DNA of 64,000 bases from Penicillus capitatus (Eukaryota > Plantae > Chlorophyta), in the NCBI GenBank assembly GCA_965649825.1, contig OZ287712.1, positions 310,001 through 374,000 on the forward strand, given 5' to 3'. The position numbers and the translations under genes were made by a program. Shown here piece by piece: positions 1 to 11,751 of the stretch. Each line of letters opens with the position of its first letter. Positions within the stretch are counted from its first letter, which is position 1. Under the pieces are notes generated by a model that was not told the origin of the DNA, searched no databases, and was given only the letters and a program-made list of their open reading frames with translations.

Positions 1-1386
1 AGTCCTTCCCTGGCATTGGCCTCGCGTCAGCAGACCTTCCCCTTTCAGCAGAGTCCGCCACAACCGTCCGAGGCATTCTCAGGTGTCATCATCCCTTCCA
101 GCCTCCCATCCTCTCATCGATGCTCACAACAGGCGTCCACGCCATCATCGATGGCTGCGATTCTGCCATCTCTGCCATGTGTTATGGATGTCTCTCGACG
201 ACCCAGGTGGCGTTTGGCACGATGGAAGGCAGCGTCTGGCTCCTGCACCTGCATCAGAGTGGATTCGAGCTCAAAAAGGTCGCCCAGATGCAAAGGCCCT
301 TCGAGATGTGTGATATCCTGCTTAGCTGCTGAGTCACGATGCCGAGATTCGTGGTGTGGATTGGTCACGAGACAACAGTCTCTTGCTGAGCTGCTCCATC
401 AATGGCTGCGTTTGCTTGACACATGTCGAACAGGCACATGTCTGTCGAAAATGGATTGCCAACACACGTACCACGTGTTGCAAGTGTGACCTCTGTATTG
501 CACACACTGATGAAGATCTCACTCTTTCTAGGTTCCACCCATTGAATCAGAACATGGTGATCGTGGGCGGCGGCGGCAGTATCTATGTCTTCAACTGCAG
601 CACAGGAGCACAGGTGCAGTGCCTGACGCCTATTCCAGCCCCCACGACCTACATCACAGGTCTCACTCTTTGTATCTCACTCTTTTCATGAGGTCGGCGC
701 AGAGATGGTGTGTACGGGGTCTTATATGTTTGTGGGGGACTCTGTTGGAGTGCTGCGTGTGTTTCGGCTAAAATTCGAGAAGAATCTGCTGCAGCTCTGT
801 TCACTGGGCAGTCCCTTTCCTCATCCCTTTAACACCGCCGCCGCTGTCGCCGGCATCGACACCCGAAGCTACAGCAACACGTGCAAAGGCCAGGCGGCAG
901 TCGTCTCGTACGAAGATGCCACGCTTGGCGTCTACAAAATTGGCATCTCTGTGACTCCCTTCCCAACACCGTCGGCAATTCGACATATCCTGTGTTTTTA
1001 GGTCCATCCCAGAGTCGAGCTCTTCAGTCAGTTGGAGATGGGTCCCATCGATCGTCGAGTCAAGGCGGTTTGGTGTCCAGCAATGGACATCGATCAGCCA
1101 GAACACATCGCCATAGGAGGAGAGCACGCCAATGTGCATATCTACAACCTCACTTCACAAGGCCCACTCCTCCTCGTCAACGCTCTCTCCGTACACACTA
1201 CCTTTCTCACTCTTTCACACCCCTTGCATCTCACTCTTGTGTTGTCTCCAGGCACATGAAGCCCCCGTTATGCGTGTTTGCTGGAGCTACGATGGCCACA
1301 GTTTTATTTCGGGCGATGAAAGTGGGACACTGATTGTGTGGAAGCCCAAGTCTAAGGGCAATGCGATGCACCGTTCGTACGGCTAA
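1..1386 (+). CDS. WDR13: WD40-repeat protein, WDR13-like (multi-exon; 5' end probably outside the window)
   Basis: Spliced WD repeats (VDWSRDNSLLLSCS; RFHPLNQNMVIVGG). The C-terminus VKAVWCP...IAIGGEHANVHIYNL...AHEAPVMRVCWSYDGHSFISGDESGTLIVWK resembles the WDR13 C-terminus. GT-AG introns such as 660-702. Stop TAA at 1384-1386. Confidence 0.72.
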
Positions 1387-1563
1387 TGTCTGCATGACGG
1401 CGTCTGTTCCATCTTGTTTGTTCGTGCGTTGTGCGCGCGTACGTATGCACGCTTCATTTGTACGGTGCCATTCAGTCAGTTAAGAGAGTTTCTTTCAGCT
1501 TTGTTCAGCAACGAGCCTTGCACAGACCGCGCGCACTTTTGAATTAGCGCCCCCGTTCCTTCA

Positions 1564-2775
1564 ATGTCGTCAAATCAAGGCGTCGCCGCGTCCACAGCAG
1601 CCGACTTAGAAGTCGGTGGTCATGAAGACTATTCGTTCACTTTTTCCGAAGCGTCTTTAGCCACAGCCGGCAATTCTTTTTTCGTAGAGCCCTCTCCCCG
1701 AGAAGGCGAGACGTCGACGGACGACGTTAAAATCGCGTTAAAATTCCTCCTTACGAATGTCGCCGCGGGGATCGTTATTGGGAAGGCCGGAACAAACATA
1801 ACGCTTTTGCAGGAAGCATCTGGAGCACGCATCCAGCTCTCACGCAATAATGTCTTCTATCCAGGGACGGCAGAACGCGTTCTTCTGCTCACGGGCAGCG
1901 TTCGAAGCGTCCTGGTCGCGCTCTATCTTATCCTAGTCAAACTCACTGGGCGCACAAAATGGCAAGCAGCCAAGTTGGGAGATGGAAGCGGTGGCGAAGA
2001 GAACAGTTCAGATGTCGACGTCGAATCAGAGACCACCCAAGTTAAAATCGTGATGCCGGCTGCTGTGTGTGGAGCCATTATTGGACGTGGAGGTGAGACC
2101 GTGCGAGGATTTGCCGAAGATTCCGGAGCGAGCATTTCTGTGTCGCCTCAGGAACGCAGCACACGTCCCGATCGCATGGGCCCCGCCACGGATCGCATCG
2201 TTACCATTACAGGCGGCGTTCAACAGATTCTGCGCGCCGTGGCGCTGATTGTCACGACAGTGGCCGAGGATCCCAACTACGTGCGCAATGTGGGTCTATC
2301 TGTCAACTATGCCCCTCGTCCTTCTGTGGGCACTCCGAGTGGACTCATGATGAATTCGCCCCAAAGTGGACTCAACAGGCCTGCGCCGTTCGGCCAGAAT
2401 ACACCGACACCAAGTTCAGGCTCTTTTACGCAATCTTCTTTTCCTCAAGATCCCGCTGCACTGTTTGCCCAACCGCCTCATAATGTCCTTCAGAGAACGA
2501 GCCCTTCTCATCCTGGCCGTGTGGAGACGAAGCTCTCGGTGCCGAACGAACATGTGGGCGCGATCATCGGGAAGGGAGGCGAGATACTGGCACAGCTTCA
2601 GGATCTAGTGGGTGTGAAGGTGACCATCTCTGGTCGAGGAGAGTTCGAACCTGGTACTCGTAATCGCGTCGTATCCATCACAGGTCCCCCAGATGCCGTA
2701 AATATCGGTCAGATGTTGATCACACAGAAAGTCCATGAACGCATTGAGCAGCTGCAGCGTCAAGGAAGCATCTAG
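1564..2775 (+). CDS. BTR1: Triple-KH-domain RNA-binding protein, BTR1/NOVA family
   Basis: Single-exon 403-aa ORF with three KH domains and intact GxxG loops (IGKAG, IGRGG, IGKGG). KH1 GARIQLSRNNVFYPGTAERV and KH3 ISGRGEFEPGTRNRVVSITG match the BTR1/NOVA pattern. Confidence 0.88.
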   Translation: MSSNQGVAASTAADLEVGGHEDYSFTFSEASLATAGNSFFVEPSPREGETSTDDVKIALKFLLTNVAAGIVIGKAGTNITLLQEASGARIQLSRNNVFYPGTAERVLLLTGSVRSVLVALYLILVKLTGRTKWQAAKLGDGSGGEENSSDVDVESETTQVKIVMPAAVCGAIIGRGGETVRGFAEDSGASISVSPQERSTRPDRMGPATDRIVTITGGVQQILRAVALIVTTVAEDPNYVRNVGLSVNYAPRPSVGTPSGLMMNSPQSGLNRPAPFGQNTPTPSSGSFTQSSFPQDPAALFAQPPHNVLQRTSPSHPGRVETKLSVPNEHVGAIIGKGGEILAQLQDLVGVKVTISGRGEFEPGTRNRVVSITGPPDAVNIGQMLITQKVHERIEQLQRQGSI

Positions 2776-3468
2776 ATACGCCGAGTCTCTCAGAATAAAT
2801 CCCCACCCCACGACTTTTCCTATTCTCTCCGTGTCCTTGTGGTTGTTGTTGTTGTTGTTCTCCACTTTCTGCTGTTCGATGGTGTTCATTGGTGATCCTA
2901 TCCATCTCCTGTCGTCTATTTCATCTTTCTGCAATAAAGACAAAAATCAAAATAGTTCAAGTTTCCATCCACTCAGTCCTACACAGTCTCTCCGTCCCCA
3001 CTTCTGGCCATACGTTTGTTTGTACAAGGCTTATTCATGAAAGGGTGGGTGGTGTTGGGAGACGCACGCAATCATGCACGACCGTCTGTTCATGAGACCG
3101 TAGAACAGTCCCATCCGTAGCTGTGTGCATCATAGAGACACAATGGCAGCATCTATGCAGCATCTCATGATGCATATCTGTGTTTTGCTGACAAAGGTCG
3201 TCGTATTGGAAGACTGCATGTTTTGGAATGTTATGTTGAATCATGCGTGCGATGAACGATGAATGACGGACGATGTCACCATCGCTGTGAGATTCAAGTA
3301 TAAAGTTCCCACGACCGACCGCTGACAACATCCGTCTTCCGATTCATATCGACGAGGCACTTCATCATCTCACGATTGAGGGTGGCCGACGCTCTCCCTG
3401 ATTTTTGACGCTTGAAGGTGGGAAGCCCAACGGACTGACTCTTTTCTTTCGTAAATAAACCGTCACGG

Positions 3469-3473
3469 TTACA
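3469..3473 (-). promoter_or_regulatory. Candidate chlorophyte-type poly(A) signal TGTAA
   Basis: TGTAA lies about 95 nt after the glutaredoxin stop. The same pentamer follows PDI (56191-56195, minus strand) and XRN1 (47871, 47912). UGUAA is the known chlorophyte poly(A) signal. Confidence 0.4.
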
Positions 3474-3568
3474 TAAGAGCCGCATCCCGAAATCATTCTA
3501 TTCCCGACACTTGACGACTTCCCTGCTGACAACGCTGTTTCCTTGTTAAATCGTATAAACCCCTTGCT

Positions 3569-3947
3569 TTAGACAATGCCTTTCTCCTCCAACATCTTCT
3601 GTAACTCGCCACTCTTCGCCATCGCTGCGGTCTCATCGCCGCCTCCGATGAACGCGCCATCGATGAAGACTCGAGGAACCGAACGCGCTCCTGTACGACT
3701 TGCCAGTTCGTTTTGGATGTCATCCATGTCTGAGCGATCTTCGATCTGGTTATCGCGCAGGGGTGACAGGAGATGACGGGGAGGGTCTCGTCCTTACTTC
3801 CAGGATGTAGAGTTTGGCTTGGTCGACAATTTGTAGGAGCGCTTGTTTGGCTTTGCGGCAGTAGGGACAGTAGCTCTTGCTGAAAACGACGATGCGATGT
3901 TGCGCGAGGGCATCGTCGATCAGTTTCTTCACGTCGCCGTTCGACAT
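3569..3947 (-). CDS. Dithiol glutaredoxin (CPYC class)
   Basis: MSNGDVKKLIDDALAQHRIVVFSKSYCPYCRKAK, then intron 3746-3797, then IEDRSDMDDIQNELASRTGARSVPRVFIDGAFIGGGD...EKGIV*. Confidence 0.93.
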
Positions 3948-4095
3948 GGCAAAACAGAAAGGGAAGAGGCAGAGGTGATGGCGAGAGCTCAGGGGACGGA
4001 CGATGCGAAAAGAAACATCGATCGCGTCATGCTTTGGCGCTGTCTTAAACGGTAACATCTCAGCCATTAAACACTCCTAACCGTCGCTCTTCGCT

Positions 4096-5120
4096 CTATT
4101 GCGGGCCAGGAGGAGGCATCGCCGGTGGTGGATGCGGCGGAGGTGGCATGCCGGGACGCGAGGCTGGATGCGGAGGCATACCAGGGCGAAATTGCTAGAC
4201 CACCACGCCGTGAGCGGCACTGGCAGGAGAGACAGGAGACTGACTGACCGGTGGTGGGAAGGCACCCGGTGGATTCATGCCCATGGCAGGAGGAGGTGGC
4301 ATTCCGACCGGCGGCATTTGGCCTGTGGACACAGAAGAGATGGCGATTGGCAAGAGCGGCGTTATTACCCATCGGCGCAGGCGGCACTCCTGGACGCACC
4401 ATGGGCGGTGGATGCATCATGGGAGGAGCTTGAACTTGGGGACGCGGTAACATCACACCGGGAGCAGGACCGCCCACACCCCTTGCTGCGCCGGCCAGTC
4501 CCTAAGCATCAAGCGTATGATACTGGGCTCCTACGCTGAGGACCTGCTGACTCCGGGTGCTTGACCGGGGACCGGAACCGGCAGTCCACGTCCCGCTGCT
4601 CGACCGATACCTGGACCGACCTGAAACGCCGCGTTGATAAAGTACTAGGAATGTGTGAGAAAGAGTAACCGCTGCGAGTTTGGCTTTGTCGAGACGGGAT
4701 TCTTCCTGAGGGGGTGGCCCTTCGATCGTCAAAGAGATCACCTCTTCCCCTCGCACCAGGACCAGCCCCAGCACACGTCGCTCTTCTCTCTATGACGTCA
4801 CACTTTTGAACCCGCTAGGCAAAGTGTGACCACGAGTGACCTCTTCTTTCCCCTTTTTGGGCGGCAGTCGACGATACTCTTCGGAATCGCCCAGGACCAC
4901 GTTCATGTGACGATCGAACGCCATAAACCTGAAGGCTCTCCTATGACGAGAAGCTGAGAAGAAGCTGCGTGGCCACCTGCCAATGATATAGCGACTGTCT
5001 GTCAGTGTCAAACGCATTCCTACACAACCACAGCGCCCCTTGTCGATCCTACTGAGCCGACCCGAGGCAGCTACTGTAGTTGATGTAGTTCATCAACTTC
5101 GGCGTCCTAGAGACCGACAT
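4096..5120 (-). CDS. SNRPB: Small nuclear ribonucleoprotein SmB/B'
   Basis: Spliced [59 protein letters not shown]...[21 protein letters not shown], followed by a Pro/Gly/Met-rich tail ending PPPGPQ* (TAG at 4096-4098). Confidence 0.95.
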
Positions 5121-5201
5121 CGCAAAAGGTACTGCCTTGAAGTCGCGACTCCTTCAGCAAAGCGGTCAGCCGTTTCGAGCAATGATCCACATTTGACGTT
5201 C

Positions 5202-6150
5202 ATGTCGCGTTGCATCATCGTCTCTTCGCGCCAAAAGAGCAACGCAGTGGTGCAACACATTCGAAACGTTCGATGGCGTTTCGGATCGCCCTTAGCTGGC
5301 GACTTCCAAATCGCAGACGACGCCTGCGTGCTGTTCCTCAGTGTCATGTGCCCACCTCGATCGATCGTCTAGCGCACGACACATAACGTGTGTCTGGTGG
5401 GCATAGGTATCACACATTGCACCCGGAATACATCCACACTCGCATTGAGGAAGTGAAGAAAGCCAGATGTCGTCTCTGCGTCTTACTGGTCTTGATCGAC
5501 GATGTGGATGATGTCACACAACTGATGGATATCACACATATCGCGACGTTCCATCATCTCACTCTTCTCTGTGCGTGGTCTCCGAAGGTACCTGTGAAAG
5601 GGTGCGAAGATTTTGGCAGGAGCCGCGGTGCTGTGCAGGAATGTGCGCGATGCTTAGAGACACTCAAAGCGTTCGAGCACAAGCCGCCAGATATGCTTAA
5701 GGGTATCGTTGAAACGGATGATAGGTCAAGGGCCTTGGATATCTTGACATCGATCAAAGGCAGGAGATGAGGAGACGGGATCTAAGCGATTTGAGTTCTT
5801 AGAGGTGAATAGGACGGACGCGGCGACGTTGATGAACAAATGTGGAGATGTCGGTAATATTTTTGCTGCGACAGATGAGCAGCTCTCGAGTTGTCCAGGA
5901 ATTGGATCGACAAAGGTCATCGATCCCTTTTGCGGCGCTGCCGCTCGGAAGATGCTTGGCATATGAGGTCGAAGAAATGATGAAGATCTTCAACGAGCCG
6001 TTTCTGGTATCTTCTGCGGTGCCACCATCAGAAGGACAGACGACGAAGGTGCCATCGGAGGGAGGGACGCCAGAGGTGCCGCCAAAGGGACGGGGCAGAC
6101 GACAGAAACGCCGTCAGAGGGATGGGACAGATGACAGTGAAGAAGTGTGA
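5202..6150 (+). CDS. ERCC1: DNA excision repair protein ERCC1
   Basis: IIVSSRQKSNAVVQHIRNVRWRF, YHTLHPEYIHTRI, TLLCAWS, ECARCLETLKAFEHKP and the HhH segment LSSCPGIGSTKV. Three introns, one of them GC-AG (5760-5802). The start codon is uncertain. Confidence 0.93.
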
Positions 6151-7311
6151 ATTGAGTGAGACAAGGCCAGACGCTTCTAAATTAAGTTCCTCTATTCGGA
6201 CACGCTCTGGTGCACTAGGATCACTAGAAATCGCTCGATCTTTCGGGCCATCTATTTCTCGACATACGGGGATACGGTGCATGGTTCCTTTAACGGCCGA
6301 AGCTCTGGGATCTGGTAAATTCATCGTACAGCATTTGTCTCGGTGGTGCACTCGGAGACACGAAAACCCACGTGTTACGAAAACTTCTAAAAACGGTCAT
6401 CAAATCTCGCAGTCGATTAGGGATGGAGAAATGCCGACGACATTCTAATGCCATACTCAGCTCACTTTATTATTGGATAGATTCACGAGGAGAGGGCGAG
6501 CAGTGAGATGGCGGCAATGACAGCGACACAATGACGCCCAGCCTGGCATCCGATGTGGTCACGAACAGCGATCTTCTTTCTATTGTACATTCAAATAATA
6601 ACAGCTCACACTTTGGACATCAGGCAGGCACGTGCTGTCAGCGTTTACTGTGTGGCGAGACGTATGGTCCGTTCTCGACTGACGGAGTCCACAGGATCGG
6701 GAAAGGATCTTCCATTCGACAAAATGAAGAAAAAAATCTATCAGCTATTTCTACCAGAGCGCTGTTGTGTTCTCTTCGCGTTCCGTCCATCGTGAACGAC
6801 AGAGTTCGTCCAGTCTGTATCGGAAACGACAGACAGTCGGCTCTCTCAGAGGGGAAAAGAAAGCATTCCCTTTTGTCATAGTTAAAGAAGTGATGATTGA
6901 TCATCAGCTTTGTAGGAAGAGGCGTCAAAGTCAGATTCTGTTCACAAGATGAATGAATGCTCTATCTCCACTACAGGCCCAACAAGAATCAACGATTCCT
7001 GCGTTATTTCCACAACAGTGCTAAAACAACAAAGCACATAAACTGAACGATCGAGCAGATAACGGAAGGATACGTCAGTAGCAGGAGGCGTGCTTGAATA
7101 TTGAGTAGTAAAAACAGGATAACATACGTAGACATTCAAAAACAAAGAGGAATGCTTGTCAGTTGAGAGGTCAGAGATAAAGCCGAGTGCGGACTCGACC
7201 ATCTTGTCAGAGAAAAGATACGAATGCCGTCGCTTAGGCAATGAAACTAAAAATGCTATACTTTAGACATACACAGATGCACCAATCGATTCGCTGTGGC
7301 AGACATTGTGC

Positions 7312-10300
7312 TCAGTTCGTCATCGAAGACGTGTCTCTTCGGTCAGGCCTCATAGTTGAACCCGGTCCTTTGAGTATTCCTCTTTGTATGTTCCTCCTGT
7401 ATTTTTCGATGGCATCGTTCCATATGTTCACGCTTTCTTGCGCGAACCAACGCACACCGCTCCATCCGTAGAGAAGGTAAACCTTCACGGCCACTTTCCA
7501 GTGCAATTCATGTCGATCGGGCTCCCGTCCGTATAGGCCTCTGGAAAACGTGCGGACCAACCATCGATCGGCATACTTCTTTGCCAGGTAATGCTCGTTC
7601 TGCATCATCAGTTTGTGCACCAGGTCGAAAAATTTGTGCTGATGTCTCGACTTCCATTCGTCATATCCTTCCATCGTCAAACCGAGACTGAGAATGCTGT
7701 ACTCCATAATCAGTGCCAGCAAGGCAAATGCCTCAGACAGGAGCAAAGCCATACCGATCTCTTGATCCGTATCCTCGTCGGTATCTGGCCCGATGATGAG
7801 GAAGAGTGCACAGGTGTAGACAATCAAATCGGCGACCTCTGCCAAGAGCAACATCAACATGTCAAGCCGCGACGGAAAAGGCTTCGCAATGCGCAGGAGC
7901 AGGATCAAAATCAAGGACAGTGCAATGAGCGCAACGATCGACGAAATGTTGTCGTCGGTGTCGCCCACTCCAGCAACGATGCAGCCAACGAGAATGGTCT
8001 TCATAATATCCAGCAGTTTCGTCGTCAGCTGCAGATGGTATCGGTAGATTTTCTTTGATCGGACTCGGAGTCGGTTATTTTCGAACGTCAGATGCGGGAC
8101 GATCAATAAAGGACGTTCTCTTAAGATCACGAGTTCCCCCCGATCGACCCGGCCTGTTGCGGGATCGACTTCTAGTGTGACATCGCGCCGGCCAATGGCT
8201 GGGCCTCTGTGTTCTTCGAATAGAAACCCATAACGCGCGTGGAATTTCGATCCTTGTGTCTTGGTCGTGACCCAATCGGCTTCTTCTTGTGGATCGCCGA
8301 GGAGAAGTGTCAGCAATGTCATGTTCGAAAGCGATTCCAGGATCTCTCGAAAGGTGAGGGCATTTTCGCCGTTCTCCCCATCCGATCCGACATGACCCGG
8401 TGCAGCTTCTTCCATGACGGCCTCCCGATGCATGGTATCGTGCTGTCCCGACGATTCTCCCCGTGATCCCATGGAGGTCATCTGCACAACGGCAGGGTCA
8501 GTCCTGGACGATGTGTTTAGCGATTCGCGTCCTGATCCGAATATGGATTCCGGATTGCGATGGTTCACAGCGGAAACTCTTTTCCGATCGCGCGTGAACA
8601 TTCTCCGCACTCGTCGAAACGCTCTTTGCTTTTTGTTGGGGATATTCGTGATGAGATTCACTTCTCTCCGATGCGGCGGCAAGCGCAGGACGTAGACCCA
8701 TAGCATATAGAAATTCCAAGTAATGAAGAGACCGGGTACCGCCACCAGCAGCCACGTCGCCAGCATCGCGTTATCTAAGAGACAAACATAGGCATCGCAA
8801 ATAGGCGGGATGGGCATCGCGCACTTCGGTCTGTCTTGTACAGTCCAGCACAGGCGATGGAGACTGGAGGCAGCGAAAAGAACGCTAACATGAGTTCCAG
8901 TCTTGGCGGCTGTAGTATATCGGGAATCTCCTTTTCGGTGACAACGAAGTAAGCGATGACGAGCGCGTGGCAAAAACAGACGACCAAGAAGAGTGCTGGG
9001 ACCCAGAACATCATTCTCTGGAAATAATCGAACTCCGATTCGTCGTCCTGAGACTCGAATGCCGCCTCGACGACTTTTAGCCGTCTTCGAGATGCACCTC
9101 CCGTTTCGTTTCTCCGCTGCCAGGAGATGCCATCGCTGATCGTATGGCATCGATGGGATGCTTACTTTCGTTGAATTGCTGTTCTCCCACGGCGTCTTGA
9201 TGTCCAAAACGGCCCATTTGACTTCGCCGGTGAAATTCTGATAGTTTGTCGGCATACGCGAGACCGCAAGCATCCCTGAAGACACGCATGCCGACCAACA
9301 GAGAGGTGCTGTTTACGAGACCCGTCATATGAAGCTTCTGCACGTTATTGATCATTGTGATTGACGACCCACCTCCCGAACCGCCACTCGCTAGACAGCA
9401 AGGCAGCTTCGTGGAGACAACAGGGATAGGGGCGCTGACCTGAAGATGTGGCAAAGCTCGCAGCACTGGCGCCAGCGACGGCCACACTGGCCGCTCTTCC
9501 TACCGCCTTCCCCGAAAAGTATCCCTTCTCCGGAAAGATGATCTCGCGTCCGAGCAACCGATCCTGTCGTGCTCTCGGTGGCGGAAACGGACGATAGTAA
9601 ATGATCCGACGCTGCCCTCTCCGCAACGCGTTTCCGGCAAAGTCTGTGAATCCTTCGTCGACCGTGATCTCGATATCCGCTGTTCGATTCCTGCTCTCTG
9701 TCCGAACGACGTAGTAGACGGAACTGAAATCCATCCGACCCACCACTTGGAATTCTCCACCTCGTATGCGGATTCCTTCTGTTATTCCTTTCTCCAGTAG
9801 ATTGCGGAAACATGAATCGGATTGCTGAGCAAGAGTGCTGACATTGTCGCGTCGTCGGGTGATCCGCGATATACTCGGGCAATCGCGTGGCTTGCTGTCC
9901 CACACGACGCGCTCCGAAAAGGAAACGCGGACGGTGTACTCCTGGGAATGATTTCCGATCCGTTCATCGAGCAGTTCGATGTCCACACGCGGCGGCGCGC
10001 TGTCTCGAATGAGTGTTAAGTACCGTCTCCATTCTCCCGTGCGCGCTTCCAGCAGTGCCCGGCCATCCGTCTGGAAGAATATGGTGACACGGGCGGCGGA
10101 GAGTCTCCTGGACGGTCGGCCGGACATCCGCAACAGTCCATCGACATAGATCTCCAAATCGTCTTCAAAATCCACAGCATAGCCATTCTCGTTTAGCCAA
10201 CTGACAATGACTTCAATTCGGTCAACGGACGTCAATAGTGTGACATCTTGTGGACAAGACTCACAGAAGAAAATGCGGCTCAAGCCAGCTGGGTGCCGCA

Positions 10301-10608
10301 CAAGTGTTCGCGTCGACTACAGAGCGAAGCTGCGTTTGCATGCAATAAGACGCAATGCGTTGTGACCTCATTGTAGAGAAAGATTTCGCCGTCGGCATTC
10401 GGCGTTGGGTAGAGTACGGGCTGAGCTCGGGAGATAAAGCCTGAAGGTGTCCATAGCGATAACTACGCACAGCCAGGGACTCGAACCGCAACGAAGCGGC
10501 ATCTGCGGTAGAGCGACCTACCCATAGCAGCGCGGCGGCAATGTAGGATATCTGCAGAGCAGGGCAGATACGGACACGAGGCGTTCGCAAAGCTGAAGCG
10601 TCATTCAT
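7312..10608 (-). CDS. Large multi-pass membrane protein with a bacterial Ig-like ectodomain (uncharacterised plant/algal family; TRP/FLC-like TM region)
   Basis: Signal-like N-terminus (ISYIAAALLWVGRSTADA). Ig-like strands YTVRVSFSERV and IEITVDEGFTDFAGNA. Ala-rich TM AASVAVAGASAASFA, spliced to VQKLHMTGMLAVSRMPTNYQNFTGEVKWA. Several C-terminal TM helices in ORF 7312-9285. Exon boundaries and start are approximate. Confidence 0.6.
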
Positions 10609-10740
10609 CGGCAAACGACGGAGTAGAAGCTCTGGGTACATCAGCACCATCATGGCCATCTAAACGAACGTTTGAGATTTGACGTCCGCTTGCAAATTAG
10701 GTTCGATCCATACCATCCTTGGCCACTCTGTTGGCAACCG

Positions 10741-11751
10741 TTAGGCCGCGATCGGCAACCGTCGAGTATCTGTATATTTGGTGTCTGAGGCAATGATGTG
10801 ACTTGAGTTGGGAGCGACGCTGCTTGGCATGGGGAGATAAACCATTCGGCAATGGCACCAAAACCGTCCTGAATGCAGGATCTCGAAGAGCGAGAGCTTC
10901 GAGTAGGGTAGGAGCCACATCTTAGGTGGCAAAGGATTGATCACTTCCCACTTGTAGACCCCTCCCTCAAAGCGGCCAACCAGGACTTAGCCCATGATGT
11001 CGCGTAAAGGACGCCGCCGCCCTTTTGGATCTAGATCGTCAGTCGTCAATGCAGATACGCATTGCGTCTTCCTGCATTACCCATGTTCTGGCCATCGACA
11101 CCTCTCTGTCGTCAGCATCCGAACCCATCAGTAGCATCGTAACGTAACTGTGACCCGTGGGATGGCAAAACGCCTTGGAGAAGTGTAATGAAGGAGGGTC
11201 AGTCTCACTTGAGCGAAGTTTCAAACATGCACGAGGGGCCTTCGATGTGAAGTCCGAATCCCCCGTCTTCGTTCTGGTGGTTTTTGACATAGCGAATGCT
11301 CTCTTCGCTTCTGCCGGAAAAAGAAGATCCGATGTTCTTGTTATGTAGGCGGCGATCACGAGTCCGGGAAGAAGGAACATAAGACCGCCGTAGTCGCCCG
11401 GCCAACATCCGCCTTTCTCCTGAAGGGGTTGGTAGTATCGACTCCCTGACTCTATGTGTTTCTCCATACGCGACTTGGTGACCGAGGCATTTCGGGAAGG
11501 GGTTCGGAGGGGACGAAGATTTCAGCTTGGATAATGCGCTCTCGTGCCTAGAATCTTATGAAGGCGTCGTCGGCGTCGCGTTTTTCGTGGCGACTGGCCG
11601 TGAATGCTCTGCGGAGCCTGTCGACTTCTGCGCGCTCGGCAGTTGTTCCAGATGAGGGATCGAACTCCCAGAACCAGCGGCCGACGAAATCGTTTGTCGT
11701 TTCGAGAATGGGATTCTCGCGAGAACTGCTCTGTGAAACGAATTGCCACAT
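10741..11751 (-). pseudogene. CAS1: Truncated oxidosqualene cyclase (cycloartenol synthase-like) pseudogene, N-terminal third only
   Basis: [60 protein letters not shown] and [16 protein letters not shown] are diagnostic oxidosqualene cyclase motifs. In-frame TAG at 11548-11550, at least two frameshifts, two retained introns; homology stops after MVYLPM. Confidence 0.88.

Noticed and set aside
3035-3485. Minus-strand ORFs between BTR1 and glutaredoxin
   Set aside because: They overlap the probable glutaredoxin 3' UTR and poly(A) signal, contain no domains, and give no consistent splice model.
11548-11550. TAG aligned with a conserved Gln in CAS, hinting at the TAA/TAG=Gln code of some ulvophytes
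   Set aside because: Intact genes here end in TAA or TAG (BTR1, glutaredoxin, SmB, PDI) and contain no in-frame TAR codons. The CAS copy also has frameshifts, so this is a nonsense mutation.
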